NCBI GenBank assembly: GCA_046861385.1
Contig: JBHHTW010000015.1
Coordinates: forward strand, 1 to 47,551
Source: Fidelibacterota bacterium
GTDB lineage: Bacteria > Fidelibacterota > Marinisomatia > Marinisomatales > TCS55
Direction of reading: 5' to 3'
DNA length: 47,551 bases
The stretch's first letter is position 1. Every line of letters begins with the position of its first letter. The notes beneath the pieces are model-generated. The model was not told where the DNA came from and made no database searches. It worked only from the letters and a program-made list of their open reading frames with translations. The translations under genes were made by a program, and so were the position numbers. Positions 9,048 through 18,145 of the stretch are shown here, piece by piece.

Positions 9048-10688
9048 ATGAAAGCAAGTGATCTTTTTATCAAAGCATTGGAAAACGAAGGGGTGGAATA
9101 CATTTTCGGAATACCCGGAGAAGAAAATCTTGATTTTCTGAATTCACTGAAAGGGTCCAATATAGAATTGATTCTCACCCGTCATGAACAGGGTGCCGGG
9201 TTTATGGCCGCAACGTATGGTAGATTAACTGGAAAACCGGGCGTGTGCCTTTCAACTCTCGGGCCTGGCGCTACCAATTTTACAACACCGGCAGCCTATG
9301 CGCAACTTGGTGCCATGCCCATGCTTATGATTACGGGGCAAAAACCCATTAAAAAATCCAAACAGGGGCGTTTCCAAATTGTGGATATTGTGGATATGTT
9401 TCGTCCCATAACAAAATATGCGACCCAAATAGTGAATGGAAATAATATTCCATCCAGAGTTCGTGAGGCTTTTAGACTGGCGATGGAAGAACGACCGGGT
9501 GCTACCCTTTTAGAACTTCCGGAAGATATTGCTGCTGAAGAATGCCACGATCGAATTTTTGATGTGGTTGGTTCAAGAAGACCCGATGCAGATACGAAAA
9601 GCATTATGAAAGCAGCAAAAATGATTGAAAATGCCAAAATGCCGTTGCTATTAATCGGCGCCGGTGCCAATCGAAAAAGAACAAGCAAAGCGTTGACTGA
9701 TTTTATCGAACAAACGGATATTCCTTTTTTCAATACACAACTGGGAAAGGGGGTCGTGGATGAAAGACACCATCATTTTTTGGGAACTGCAGCTTTATCA
9801 GACGACGATTTTCTTCATTGTGCAATTAACCGGGCAGATTTAATCATCAATGTAGGACACGACGTCATCGAAAAACCGCCATTCTTTATGGAGGAGGGCA
9901 GAACCAAAGTGATTCATGTTAACTTTTTCCCTGCAAAAGTGGATGAAGTGTATTTTCCCCAATTGAATATCGTAGGTGATATTGCAACTTCTGTAACAAA
10001 AATTGCGTCCCATGTGAAGGATAAAAGCAACTGGGATTTATCTTACTATGACAGAATTAAGGAAGAAATAAGACAACACTTGTCAAAATATTCCCAAGAT
10101 AATCGTTTTCCTGTTTTGCCCCAGCGGTTGGTTCAAATTATCAGGGAAGAATTGCCGGATGATGGCATCGTTACCTTAGATAACGGCGTTTATAAAGTTT
10201 GGTTTGCAAGGAATTATAAATGCTATAAACCCAACACATTATTATTGGATAATGCACTGGCCACCATGGGAGCAGGGCTGCCGTCTGCCATATGCGCGAA
10301 ATTGATCAACCCGGAGAAGAAAGTTATTTCTATTTGCGGTGATGGCGGATTTATGATGAATTCTCAGGAGTTGGAAACTGCAGTGCGTATTGGACTCAAT
10401 TTGGTGGTTATCATTTTAAATGACAGCGCATACGGCATGATAAAATGGAAACAGGAAGGAATGGGATTTGACAATTTTGGTTTGGATTATAAAAATCCAA
10501 ATTTCGTTCAATATGCTGAAAGTTACGGCGCACTTGGACACAAACCGGAAAGTGATGATGAATTCAAAAATGTATTGTCTCACTGTTTAAATACGGATGG
10601 CGTTCATGTCATCGATTTGGCTGTGGATTATTCGCTGAATCACTCTATTCTAAATGTATTGCTAAAAGAAAAAACCTGTATTCTGTAA
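9048..10688 (+). CDS. TPP-dependent acetolactate synthase large subunit-like enzyme (possibly a 2-oxoacid decarboxylase)
   Basis: FGIPGEEN, RHEQGAGFMA, LGPGATN and the GDGGF...N TPP motif. No small subunit or ilvC nearby. Confidence 0.85.
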   Translation: MKASDLFIKALENEGVEYIFGIPGEENLDFLNSLKGSNIELILTRHEQGAGFMAATYGRLTGKPGVCLSTLGPGATNFTTPAAYAQLGAMPMLMITGQKPIKKSKQGRFQIVDIVDMFRPITKYATQIVNGNNIPSRVREAFRLAMEERPGATLLELPEDIAAEECHDRIFDVVGSRRPDADTKSIMKAAKMIENAKMPLLLIGAGANRKRTSKALTDFIEQTDIPFFNTQLGKGVVDERHHHFLGTAALSDDDFLHCAINRADLIINVGHDVIEKPPFFMEEGRTKVIHVNFFPAKVDEVYFPQLNIVGDIATSVTKIASHVKDKSNWDLSYYDRIKEEIRQHLSKYSQDNRFPVLPQRLVQIIREELPDDGIVTLDNGVYKVWFARNYKCYKPNTLLLDNALATMGAGLPSAICAKLINPEKKVISICGDGGFMMNSQELETAVRIGLNLVVIILNDSAYGMIKWKQEGMGFDNFGLDYKNPNFVQYAESYGALGHKPESDDEFKNVLSHCLNTDGVHVIDLAVDYSLNHSILNVLLKEKTCIL

Positions 10689-10706
10689 AGAAGAAAGGAA
10701 ATCATT

Positions 10707-12092
10707 ATGTTAAAAGTACTCTCACCTTATGACCAAAGTTTAATTCGGGAAATCCCATATATGGGAAAAGATGAAGTAGAAAATGCTCTGAAAACAGCTT
10801 ATGATTTATTCGAGGATTCGTCAAAATGGATTCCGGCACATGAACGGATTGCCGTTTTGGAGCGGACAGCAGATATTATGAATACCCGCGTGGAAGAATT
10901 GACTAAAACAGCAGCGCAAGAAGGGGGAAAGCCGTACGCAGATTCAAAAGTGGAAGTTCTCCGTGCCATCAATGGCGTCAAAATTGCTGCGGAACATATT
11001 AGTCAATTAAAAGGGGAAGAAATTCCCATGGGTTTGACAAAAGCGTCTGATAACAGGTTGGCGTTTACCATGCGTGAGCCCATTGGCGTTGTCGCATCGG
11101 TCAGTGCATTCAATCATCCATTGAATTTAATTGTCCACCAGGTCATTACTGCCTTTGCAGCGGGGTGTCCCGTGATTGTAAAACCTGCGTCTACAACACC
11201 GTTGTCCTGTTTTGCTTTGATTGAAATATTAAAAGAAGCGGGTATGCCCGAAGGCTGGTGCCAGCCGATTATATGCGACAATGAAACAGCAGAAAATTTA
11301 GTCACGGACAAACGGGTTCATTATTTTTCATTCATTGGTTCGGCGAGAGTGGGCTGGTACTTGAAATCCAAATTGGCGCCGGGAACCCGATGCGCATTGG
11401 AACATGGCGGTGCGGCGCCGGTGATTGTTGAGAAAGATGCAGATTTTAAATCAATGCTTCCATCTTTATTGAAGGGAGGGTTTTATCATGCAGGGCAAGT
11501 ATGCGTATCTGTGCAGCGTGTTTTTGTTCATGAAGATATTTGCAAGAATGTTGCGAATCAACTGGCGGACGCTGCGAAAAAATTAATTGTCGGCGATCCA
11601 ATGGATGAAAAAACGGAAGTAGGACCTCTCATAATGGCGAGAGAAGTAGATCGAGTGGAAGAATGGGTCCAGGAAGCTGTGGATGGTGGAGCAAAATTAT
11701 TATGCGGAGGCAAGCGCATTTCAGATACGTGCTATGAACCGACTGTTTTACTCGATCCACCGGCGAATGCTAACGTTTCCACATTGGAAATTTTTGGTCC
11801 GGTTGTATGTGTTTATTCCTATTCAGACCGGTACAAAGCAATTGAAATTGCCAATAGTCTGGACGTCCATTTCCAGGCATCGGTTTTTACAAAAAATATT
11901 GATATTGCCCTGGATTGTGTAAAAAGACTGGATGCCACAGCCGTCATGGTGAACGATCATACAGCATTTCGAGTGGATTGGATGCCTTTTGGCGGAAGAG
12001 ACGCTTCCGGGATCGGCATGGGCGGCATTCAATATTCCATGCACGAAATGACTAGAGAAAAAATGATGGTAATCAAAAGTGATGTTTTATAG
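10707..12092 (+). CDS. Aldehyde dehydrogenase family protein
   Basis: AFNHP, FIGS, LEHGG, GQVCVS catalytic Cys, EIFGP and PFGG motifs. Confidence 0.92.
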   Translation: MLKVLSPYDQSLIREIPYMGKDEVENALKTAYDLFEDSSKWIPAHERIAVLERTADIMNTRVEELTKTAAQEGGKPYADSKVEVLRAINGVKIAAEHISQLKGEEIPMGLTKASDNRLAFTMREPIGVVASVSAFNHPLNLIVHQVITAFAAGCPVIVKPASTTPLSCFALIEILKEAGMPEGWCQPIICDNETAENLVTDKRVHYFSFIGSARVGWYLKSKLAPGTRCALEHGGAAPVIVEKDADFKSMLPSLLKGGFYHAGQVCVSVQRVFVHEDICKNVANQLADAAKKLIVGDPMDEKTEVGPLIMAREVDRVEEWVQEAVDGGAKLLCGGKRISDTCYEPTVLLDPPANANVSTLEIFGPVVCVYSYSDRYKAIEIANSLDVHFQASVFTKNIDIALDCVKRLDATAVMVNDHTAFRVDWMPFGGRDASGIGMGGIQYSMHEMTREKMMVIKSDVL

Positions 12093-12103
12093 TGAATTAG
12101 ACT

Positions 12104-13201
12104 ATGTTTGATATCGTTATTATCGGCGGTGGTATTGGAGGAGCTGCTTCTGCACTCCGTGCTGCCCAAAATGGAATGAATGCGCTTTGGTTGTTGGGAT
12201 CGAAAAAGACACGTAAACAAAGTAGATCCCAGTGGGTCATGAACCTGGATAATATTGTGGGTTTCCATGAAGATATCATCAAAAATCAAGCCATAAAGAC
12301 ACTCCAAAAACACAAACAGACAGAAGCTGTTTCTCTACTTCAAAAAGAACATTATTATATCAATAACCGGATGCTGATTCAAAACACCATTCAGCGAATT
12401 CAAACAGGGTATCCAAATGTGGAAATAATTGATAGCAAAGTGGAGATATTGAAAAAAAATGAAAATGGGTTTGAAATTGGTTATAATGATAAAACAGCTT
12501 TTGCAGATGCAGTGGTTTTATCAACAGGAGTCATGGATAAACAGCTCCAAATCCAAAAGCAGAATAAAAAGGGTGAATGGGAAGAAACACCAAAATGGAT
12601 TTATCCCTTTGCCAACCGGGAACAATTCCTTTACTGTATTCGCTGTGAGGGACACTTAACGAAAGAGGAGCCGGTGGCTGTTATTGGTCACACCAACGTT
12701 GTAGCAGAATTAGCTATGATGCTCTATGAACGCTATGGCAACACAGTCACTATTTTAACCAATGGCGCCGTGCTTGACATTTCCAATGAACGATACACCA
12801 TACTAAAACATTATGGAGTTGAGATTATTATTGAACCTATCACTGATTTATTGAGTGAAGGTAAAAAGCAGCTCCATGGATTTGTATTTGAACAACATGA
12901 TTCTATTAAAGTAAAGTTTGCATTGGTTTCCTTTGGATTGCATCGGGTTTATAATGACTTGGCCAGGCAATTAAATGCCCGCCTCATGGATGAAGACCTA
13001 CCGGAGGAAAAACGGCACGTATGGATCAATCGTAAAGGAGAAACGTCCATTCATGGATTATTTGCCGTGGGTGATATGGCAAAACGGGAGGATGAACCGG
13101 TCATGAAACAGGTTTACACTGCCCAGGAATATGCAGTGCGTGCTGTAGATACAATAGATTCTAGAAGGCGAAAATCCATGAGGGAAAAAATTCTACGCTA
13201 A
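12104..13201 (+). CDS. NAD(P)/FAD-dependent oxidoreductase, thioredoxin-reductase-like
   Basis: GGGIGG FAD motif, STG, YCIRCEG CxxC, and TSIHGLFAVGD. Confidence 0.82.
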   Translation: MFDIVIIGGGIGGAASALRAAQNGMNALWLLGSKKTRKQSRSQWVMNLDNIVGFHEDIIKNQAIKTLQKHKQTEAVSLLQKEHYYINNRMLIQNTIQRIQTGYPNVEIIDSKVEILKKNENGFEIGYNDKTAFADAVVLSTGVMDKQLQIQKQNKKGEWEETPKWIYPFANREQFLYCIRCEGHLTKEEPVAVIGHTNVVAELAMMLYERYGNTVTILTNGAVLDISNERYTILKHYGVEIIIEPITDLLSEGKKQLHGFVFEQHDSIKVKFALVSFGLHRVYNDLARQLNARLMDEDLPEEKRHVWINRKGETSIHGLFAVGDMAKREDEPVMKQVYTAQEYAVRAVDTIDSRRRKSMREKILR

Positions 13202-13237
13202 CCCGACTTTATATTATCACTCTATGCCATACAAAAT

Positions 13238-14272
13238 ATGATTGAAAAGGTTGGAAGAATCAATTCAAATTGGTTTGACCTGGTTCCAAAAGTTGAACTC
13301 CATTTGCACTTGGAAGGTGCGATTCCCCATGATGCGTTGTGGACACTCATTCAAAAGTATGGAGGTGATCCTTCTGTCCCAAACCTGGATGCGCTGAAGG
13401 AAAAGTTCAAATTCCGGGATTTCCCCCACTTTTTAGAAAACTGGTTCTGGAAAAACAAGTTTCTTCGTGAATATGAAGATTTCACATTCATCGCCGAAGC
13501 TGTTGCGACGGACCTTGTACGCCAAAATATCCGGTACGTTGAAGCATTCTTTTCACCGCCGGACTTTGCCGAATATAGGCTCAAACCTCAAAATCTGGCC
13601 GAAGCCATCCGTGCCGGCTTATCATCTGTAAAAGGGATAGAAGTATTCCTCATCGCCGATTTGGTTCGGAATTATGGTCCGGAAAAAGCGGCAATCACCA
13701 TTGCAAAAGTAAACGAAGTTCAAGATTTAGGTATAATTGGAATTGGAATCGGTGGCGCAGAACACCAATTTCCACCAGAGTTATTCGAGAGTGTTTATAA
13801 AGAAGCTCGTCGCCTTTGTTTTTATACCAGCGCACATGCCGGGGAAGCCATGGGTGCGGAAAGCATTTGGGGAGCCATTCACAGCCTTCACGTAAATCGA
13901 ATTGGTCATGGAACCAGAGCGGAAGAAGATAGTGCTTTACTTGATTATCTCGTGGAACATCAGATCCCATTGGAAATGTGTCCCATCTCCAATGTGCGTA
14001 CCGGTGTAGTAAAATCAATCGAAGAACACCCCGTAAGAAGGTATTTCGATCGTGGGATTATTGTTACAATCAATTCCGACGATCCGAAGATGTTTGGCAA
14101 TTCACTGGCCGAAGAGTATCAGCTCCTTGAGGAAAAACTGGATTTCTCACGGGACGAAATACGTACTTTGATACTTCAAGGCATCCGGTCATCATGGCAG
14201 TCTGCTGAAAAGAAAAATCAACTCATAGAAGCATTTTGCAGCGATCCAAACTGGGTGCTGGATACAGAATAA
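13238..14272 (+). CDS. add: Adenosine/adenine deaminase
   Basis: PKVELHLHLEG, HAGE, RIGHG, CPISN and INSDDP motifs. Confidence 0.9.
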   Translation: MIEKVGRINSNWFDLVPKVELHLHLEGAIPHDALWTLIQKYGGDPSVPNLDALKEKFKFRDFPHFLENWFWKNKFLREYEDFTFIAEAVATDLVRQNIRYVEAFFSPPDFAEYRLKPQNLAEAIRAGLSSVKGIEVFLIADLVRNYGPEKAAITIAKVNEVQDLGIIGIGIGGAEHQFPPELFESVYKEARRLCFYTSAHAGEAMGAESIWGAIHSLHVNRIGHGTRAEEDSALLDYLVEHQIPLEMCPISNVRTGVVKSIEEHPVRRYFDRGIIVTINSDDPKMFGNSLAEEYQLLEEKLDFSRDEIRTLILQGIRSSWQSAEKKNQLIEAFCSDPNWVLDTE

Positions 14273-14381
14273 TCATATAGCTGATCATAGGAGTAAAACC
14301 TCAATAATATTTAAACAGACCGGAATATTCTGTGAAATAAAATTAATGGCTATATTTAATAAACTTACTGAATTAGACAAA

Positions 14382-14829
14382 ATAAAAACATTCAACACCT
14401 ATGGCGTTGGTGTTCTATTATGATTGGATGTTATAGACATTTGACTCCGAACGGAGTCTTAAAATATAAAAAGAAATCCCGCCCGCCTGCCAAAGTGAAA
14501 CGTCGGACAGGTAGGGATTGTATGTCTATAAAGGCGTTGAATACAGCGAACAAGAACTCCATCGGAGTTCAACGGTAGTACAAACAATATGCAAATCAGT
14601 TTATCATTAGAACATAGCCAATTTAATTTATCTGGCCTATCACAATAAAACGCGCCAAATAAAGTGAAATAGTTTGTCTGAATGCCTGTTTGCCGGAGGC
14701 GAAGTGTAGGCAGGCTGTGAAGAACCTCAAGCATAAAATGTCCAACTGACATTTGAGATTATTATCTGCCATAGTGCAACGTGGGCATGACTTTAGTCTT
14801 CCGATAAATCGAAATCCTTCAGAATGACA
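14382..14829. repeat. Cluster of degenerate, partly nested REP-like palindromes
   Basis: Hairpins gactccg-aa-cggagtc (14443-14458), aatccc...gggatt (14475-14519) and gaactcc-atc-ggagttc (14554-14570). Shared tatagacat / atgtctata tails. cctg...cagg-type inserts at 14482-14511 and 14685-14714. cagaatgaca end at 14820-14829. Confidence 0.65.
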
Positions 14830-14892
14830 ATATTATTTGTATATTTAACGTACAGCCCGAACTTGATTTATTTAGAATATTTTTCCTAAAGC

Positions 14893-14908
14893 TGTCATTT
14901 ATCCGACA
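14893..14908 (+). promoter_or_regulatory. Putative Crp/Fnr-family operator TGTCA-N6-CGACA
   Basis: tgtca tttatc cgaca. TAATAT at 14930-14935 lies at the same spacing as for the 3851 site. Confidence 0.65.
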
Positions 14909-14963
14909 ATACACTTTTGATACCTTTTGTAATATTTCACACGAAATTAGAAAAGGATTAATT

Positions 14964-15365
14964 ATGATTAATAAATATTTTGTGATTATTGGATTAGCAG
15001 CCACTTTATTAATGGCTGGAAGTAATGACCTTTTTGTAAAACACAGCTTGGATGAAGCACTGTCAATTGGGATAGCAGAAGGAAAGGGAGTATTGGTAAA
15101 ATTCCACGCTGACTGGTGCCATTTCTGCAATAAAATGGATAGAGTCACTTTTGCAGATCCAGGTGTACAGAAAGCCATGGAAGGTTATATTTCAATCAAA
15201 GTTGATATAGAAACGAAGGAAGGGCTGGCATTAGCCCGGAAATTTGGTGTCACAGGTTTACCCACCATTGTCATGTTTGATAAGAATGGAAAAAAAATAT
15301 ATCATCAACCCGGTTTTCATTCTGCAAAACAGATGGAAAAGGTATTGAATACAAGGCATGGCTGA
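14964..15365 (+). CDS. Exported thioredoxin-family protein (WCHFC)
   Basis: Signal peptide, FHADWCHFCNKMD and GVTGLPT cis-Pro loop. Confidence 0.88.
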   Translation: MINKYFVIIGLAATLLMAGSNDLFVKHSLDEALSIGIAEGKGVLVKFHADWCHFCNKMDRVTFADPGVQKAMEGYISIKVDIETKEGLALARKFGVTGLPTIVMFDKNGKKIYHQPGFHSAKQMEKVLNTRHG

Positions 15366-16083
15366 TTTACCGGCAATCACTGTTGACCAGATGCGGGAGG
15401 TTGATCGACTCATGGTGGAAGATTTCTATATTAGTCTCCCTCAAATGATGGAACATGCAGGGCGAAATCTAGCTGAATTTGTATTGGAGTGGCTTAAAAA
15501 ACGCAATGAGAAAAAACACTTTAAAATAATAATTGCTTGTGGTACTGGGAACAACGGCGGTGGCGGAATGGTTGCCGCCCGGTTTTTGGCAAACAGGGGT
15601 CATGAAGTGGCTGTTATTTTGGCTGGGAATGCCAAAAAGCTTAAACCTGTTCCAGCGAACCACTGGAAAACACTCCAAGCCATGAACATTCGAACGATCG
15701 AAGCAAACAGCAGAGATTCTATTCAAACATATAATGAATCAGACTTGATCATTGATGCGATGGTTGGATATAGTCTTCAGGGAGAACTGAAAGGTATACC
15801 TGCTCAAATCGCCAAGGAAATTATTCAATCAGGAAAAGAAGTCGTTTCATTGGATGTTCCTTCCGGTCTAGATGCAACAACGGGAAAATCCAGTCCCGAT
15901 TGTATTAAAGCAGTAGCAACAATGACATTGGCATTACCAAAAACCGGATTTAAGGCAGATAATGCAAAAGATTTTACCGGTGATATTTACGTTGCGGATA
16001 TTGGAGTTCCGCCTGTTTTGTACACTCATTTGGATCTATCGGTAATCGACCCTTTTCATGGTCGTTCAGTGATTAAATACTAG
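15358..16083 (+). CDS. nnrE: Stand-alone NAD(P)H-hydrate epimerase (YjeF N-terminal domain)
   Basis: MMEHAG, CGTGNNGGGG, IIDAMVG, SLDVPSG and ADIGVP motifs. Confidence 0.85.
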   Translation: MADLPAITVDQMREVDRLMVEDFYISLPQMMEHAGRNLAEFVLEWLKKRNEKKHFKIIIACGTGNNGGGGMVAARFLANRGHEVAVILAGNAKKLKPVPANHWKTLQAMNIRTIEANSRDSIQTYNESDLIIDAMVGYSLQGELKGIPAQIAKEIIQSGKEVVSLDVPSGLDATTGKSSPDCIKAVATMTLALPKTGFKADNAKDFTGDIYVADIGVPPVLYTHLDLSVIDPFHGRSVIKY

Positions 16084-16098
16084 AACAGTCTTTTTCTC

Positions 16099-17187
16099 CT
16101 ATTGAAACAGCTCAGTATTGGGATAAAAAGCAATTACCGAGAACCAATAAGCAATAAACCCATTAACTGCCCTTAGGTCATTCCCACTTGTGTTGATAGA
16201 GTTTCCTAAAATATTATAAGATTCGCCAGACTTGGACGATTTAAGGGATATTGTTCCATGGTCGATATCCCAATTTTCGATTGAAAGATCGTCATCCGTA
16301 AAAAAAGCAATTGCAATATTATCTTCACCGGAGATAATAGCATTAAAATGCTGTCCGTCTAAATCACCCCGGATAATTACAGGTTGTTTAAAATGGTTGA
16401 TACTAAATGCTTTTGTATTTCCATTTTCACCCACCAAAGCCAATACACGCTCCTTGGCCGGGAGTCTGTCATCTTCATAAGCAATGGGGAAAAATAGATA
16501 ATCTTTGCATTTTCGAGTGTTGCATGATCGATATTTACCATACGGATAGAAATCATAATTACGGGAATGATTTGTCTGGCTATTGATCACTTTTGTGTCA
16601 GGAAAAAGAGATTTCCAGGTTTTCCATGTTGTCTCTAATAAAGGTTGTAAAGCAAATGTACTGTCTTTTAAATCACCGGCGGCAGATGCAAGGTGGAGTT
16701 GGGGCCAATAACTGTCTGTTTCACGATCATACATAATCAGGTTGCTATTGTATAGCAGACCTGAAACCCCAAATTCATTATCTCCTCTGATATTTAAGGC
16801 ACTGCCCGTCAAAGGGCAGTAGGAAATGGAATAACCACTTTCATTAATAATTTCGTGCCAATCTAGAACCGAATGAGGGTAAGCAGTCCATCCATCGCCA
16901 TCCCTAACACCTACAACTAATTCGTCATCGTCTAAGAATTCAATATATTTACCATCTGATGTTGATCGATTCGGATTTTTCAAACTGGGGATACAATCTT
17001 TACCGGGGCATCCTTTTCGAATAAAGCTTGTATTAATGGACCACTCTAATCCAATAAATGATTTTTTTGATTGGGAGTTTGCTGCACAACCAGATAGAAA
17101 CATGAAAGTTGTTAAGGCAACTAAAGATATTATCCTTAAAATCAAATAACTTTGATTTGCTTTACCAGATATAGGATTTGACATCAT
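16099..17187 (-). CDS. DUF3179 domain lipoprotein (paralog 2)
   Basis: LSGC lipobox, KDCIPSL, AYPHSVLDWHEIIN, SYCPLTGS, FGVSGLLYNSNLIMYDRETDSYWPQ and AYWF. Confidence 0.82.
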   Translation of the reverse strand: MMSNPISGKANQSYLILRIISLVALTTFMFLSGCAANSQSKKSFIGLEWSINTSFIRKGCPGKDCIPSLKNPNRSTSDGKYIEFLDDDELVVGVRDGDGWTAYPHSVLDWHEIINESGYSISYCPLTGSALNIRGDNEFGVSGLLYNSNLIMYDRETDSYWPQLHLASAAGDLKDSTFALQPLLETTWKTWKSLFPDTKVINSQTNHSRNYDFYPYGKYRSCNTRKCKDYLFFPIAYEDDRLPAKERVLALVGENGNTKAFSINHFKQPVIIRGDLDGQHFNAIISGEDNIAIAFFTDDDLSIENWDIDHGTISLKSSKSGESYNILGNSINTSGNDLRAVNGFIAYWFSVIAFYPNTELFQ

Positions 17188-17206
17188 GTATAAGTAGATA
17201 ATGGAA

Positions 17207-18145
17207 TTACCTATTGAATATTCCGCCTGTAATAACGGAGACCGCTATCCTGGGGACAGGCTCTGTACCATCGGGAAAAATTCCATTTGAAGACCAGCTT
17301 GAAATAGGAAGAGAAAAGCGCACGTGAAACCAATCCCACGATGAATGGATGGGCGTTACGTCCACACCTATATTGATTTCACTTAACCAGCGAGACTCCC
17401 GCTGTGACTCAAATGGAGATAATGGAGCCAAAAGTTTTTGCGTTTGCAGAGTCGTAAATGGAGATAATGATACTATCTCTGAAAGAAATAGAGTGGAAGA
17501 TAGATGCATATATATCGCATCATCCAGATAAACATTATCCTGAATCTTCAGGTTTTTCCCAAATGAAAAAGATAAAGATACATCCGGAAAAATGAAGGGA
17601 TAATCTATGGACCAGGGGGTTTGGAAATGGTTTATCCAACCAAGGGTTGAGACGGGGACAGCCCCGGTTCTGAATGGAAAATCTTTATTGTTAAATTGGG
17701 GTGTTTGCGGAAAATTCAACTCTCCGAAAATAAACCCCCACTTTTTAGAAAGGAGGTGACGAATCCCTGATTTTAAAAATAGTTGCTGTACCTTGCTGCT
17801 ACTTTTTGAGAATGATAATGATTCCTGTAATTGGAGCCAACTGCCTTCAATTTGAATATATCCGACGCTGTTTTGTCCAATATAATGAGACACTTGGGTA
17901 TGAATGCCCAGGGAATTTCCATAACGAATATTTAAATCATTATCAGACGTATATGAGGAGGTCAATCCTGCCAACCAATTAACGGAATGGTGGTTATCAA
18001 ATCGGGATGGCCATTGAACTTTCCATTGAGTAGCCGTTGTACCACCCCCCTGATCAACTGCACCGACCAGGGAACAGCAGACCTGCCCAGTTAAAAAATT
18101 AATCCATATTGGGATTAATATTAAAAAGTACCGGAATTTTATCAT
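17207..18145 (-). CDS. Exported protein with N-terminal Cys-Cys (QVCCS), possible outer-membrane beta-barrel
   Basis: ATG at 18145 overlaps the upstream TGA (ATGA). Signal peptide, then QVCCS and alternating aromatic/hydrophobic strand-like segments. Confidence 0.6.
   Translation of the reverse strand: MIKFRYFLILIPIWINFLTGQVCCSLVGAVDQGGGTTATQWKVQWPSRFDNHHSVNWLAGLTSSYTSDNDLNIRYGNSLGIHTQVSHYIGQNSVGYIQIEGSWLQLQESLSFSKSSSKVQQLFLKSGIRHLLSKKWGFIFGELNFPQTPQFNNKDFPFRTGAVPVSTLGWINHFQTPWSIDYPFIFPDVSLSFSFGKNLKIQDNVYLDDAIYMHLSSTLFLSEIVSLSPFTTLQTQKLLAPLSPFESQRESRWLSEINIGVDVTPIHSSWDWFHVRFSLPISSWSSNGIFPDGTEPVPRIAVSVITGGIFNR

Noticed and set aside
14459-14752. 97-aa minus-strand ORF in the intergenic gap
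   Set aside because: It is made of palindromic repeat sequence and has no protein-like features.
14382-14829. CRISPR array
   Set aside because: The units are degenerate, inverted and irregularly spaced, and there are no cas genes. The terminal heptamer array also lacks spacers.
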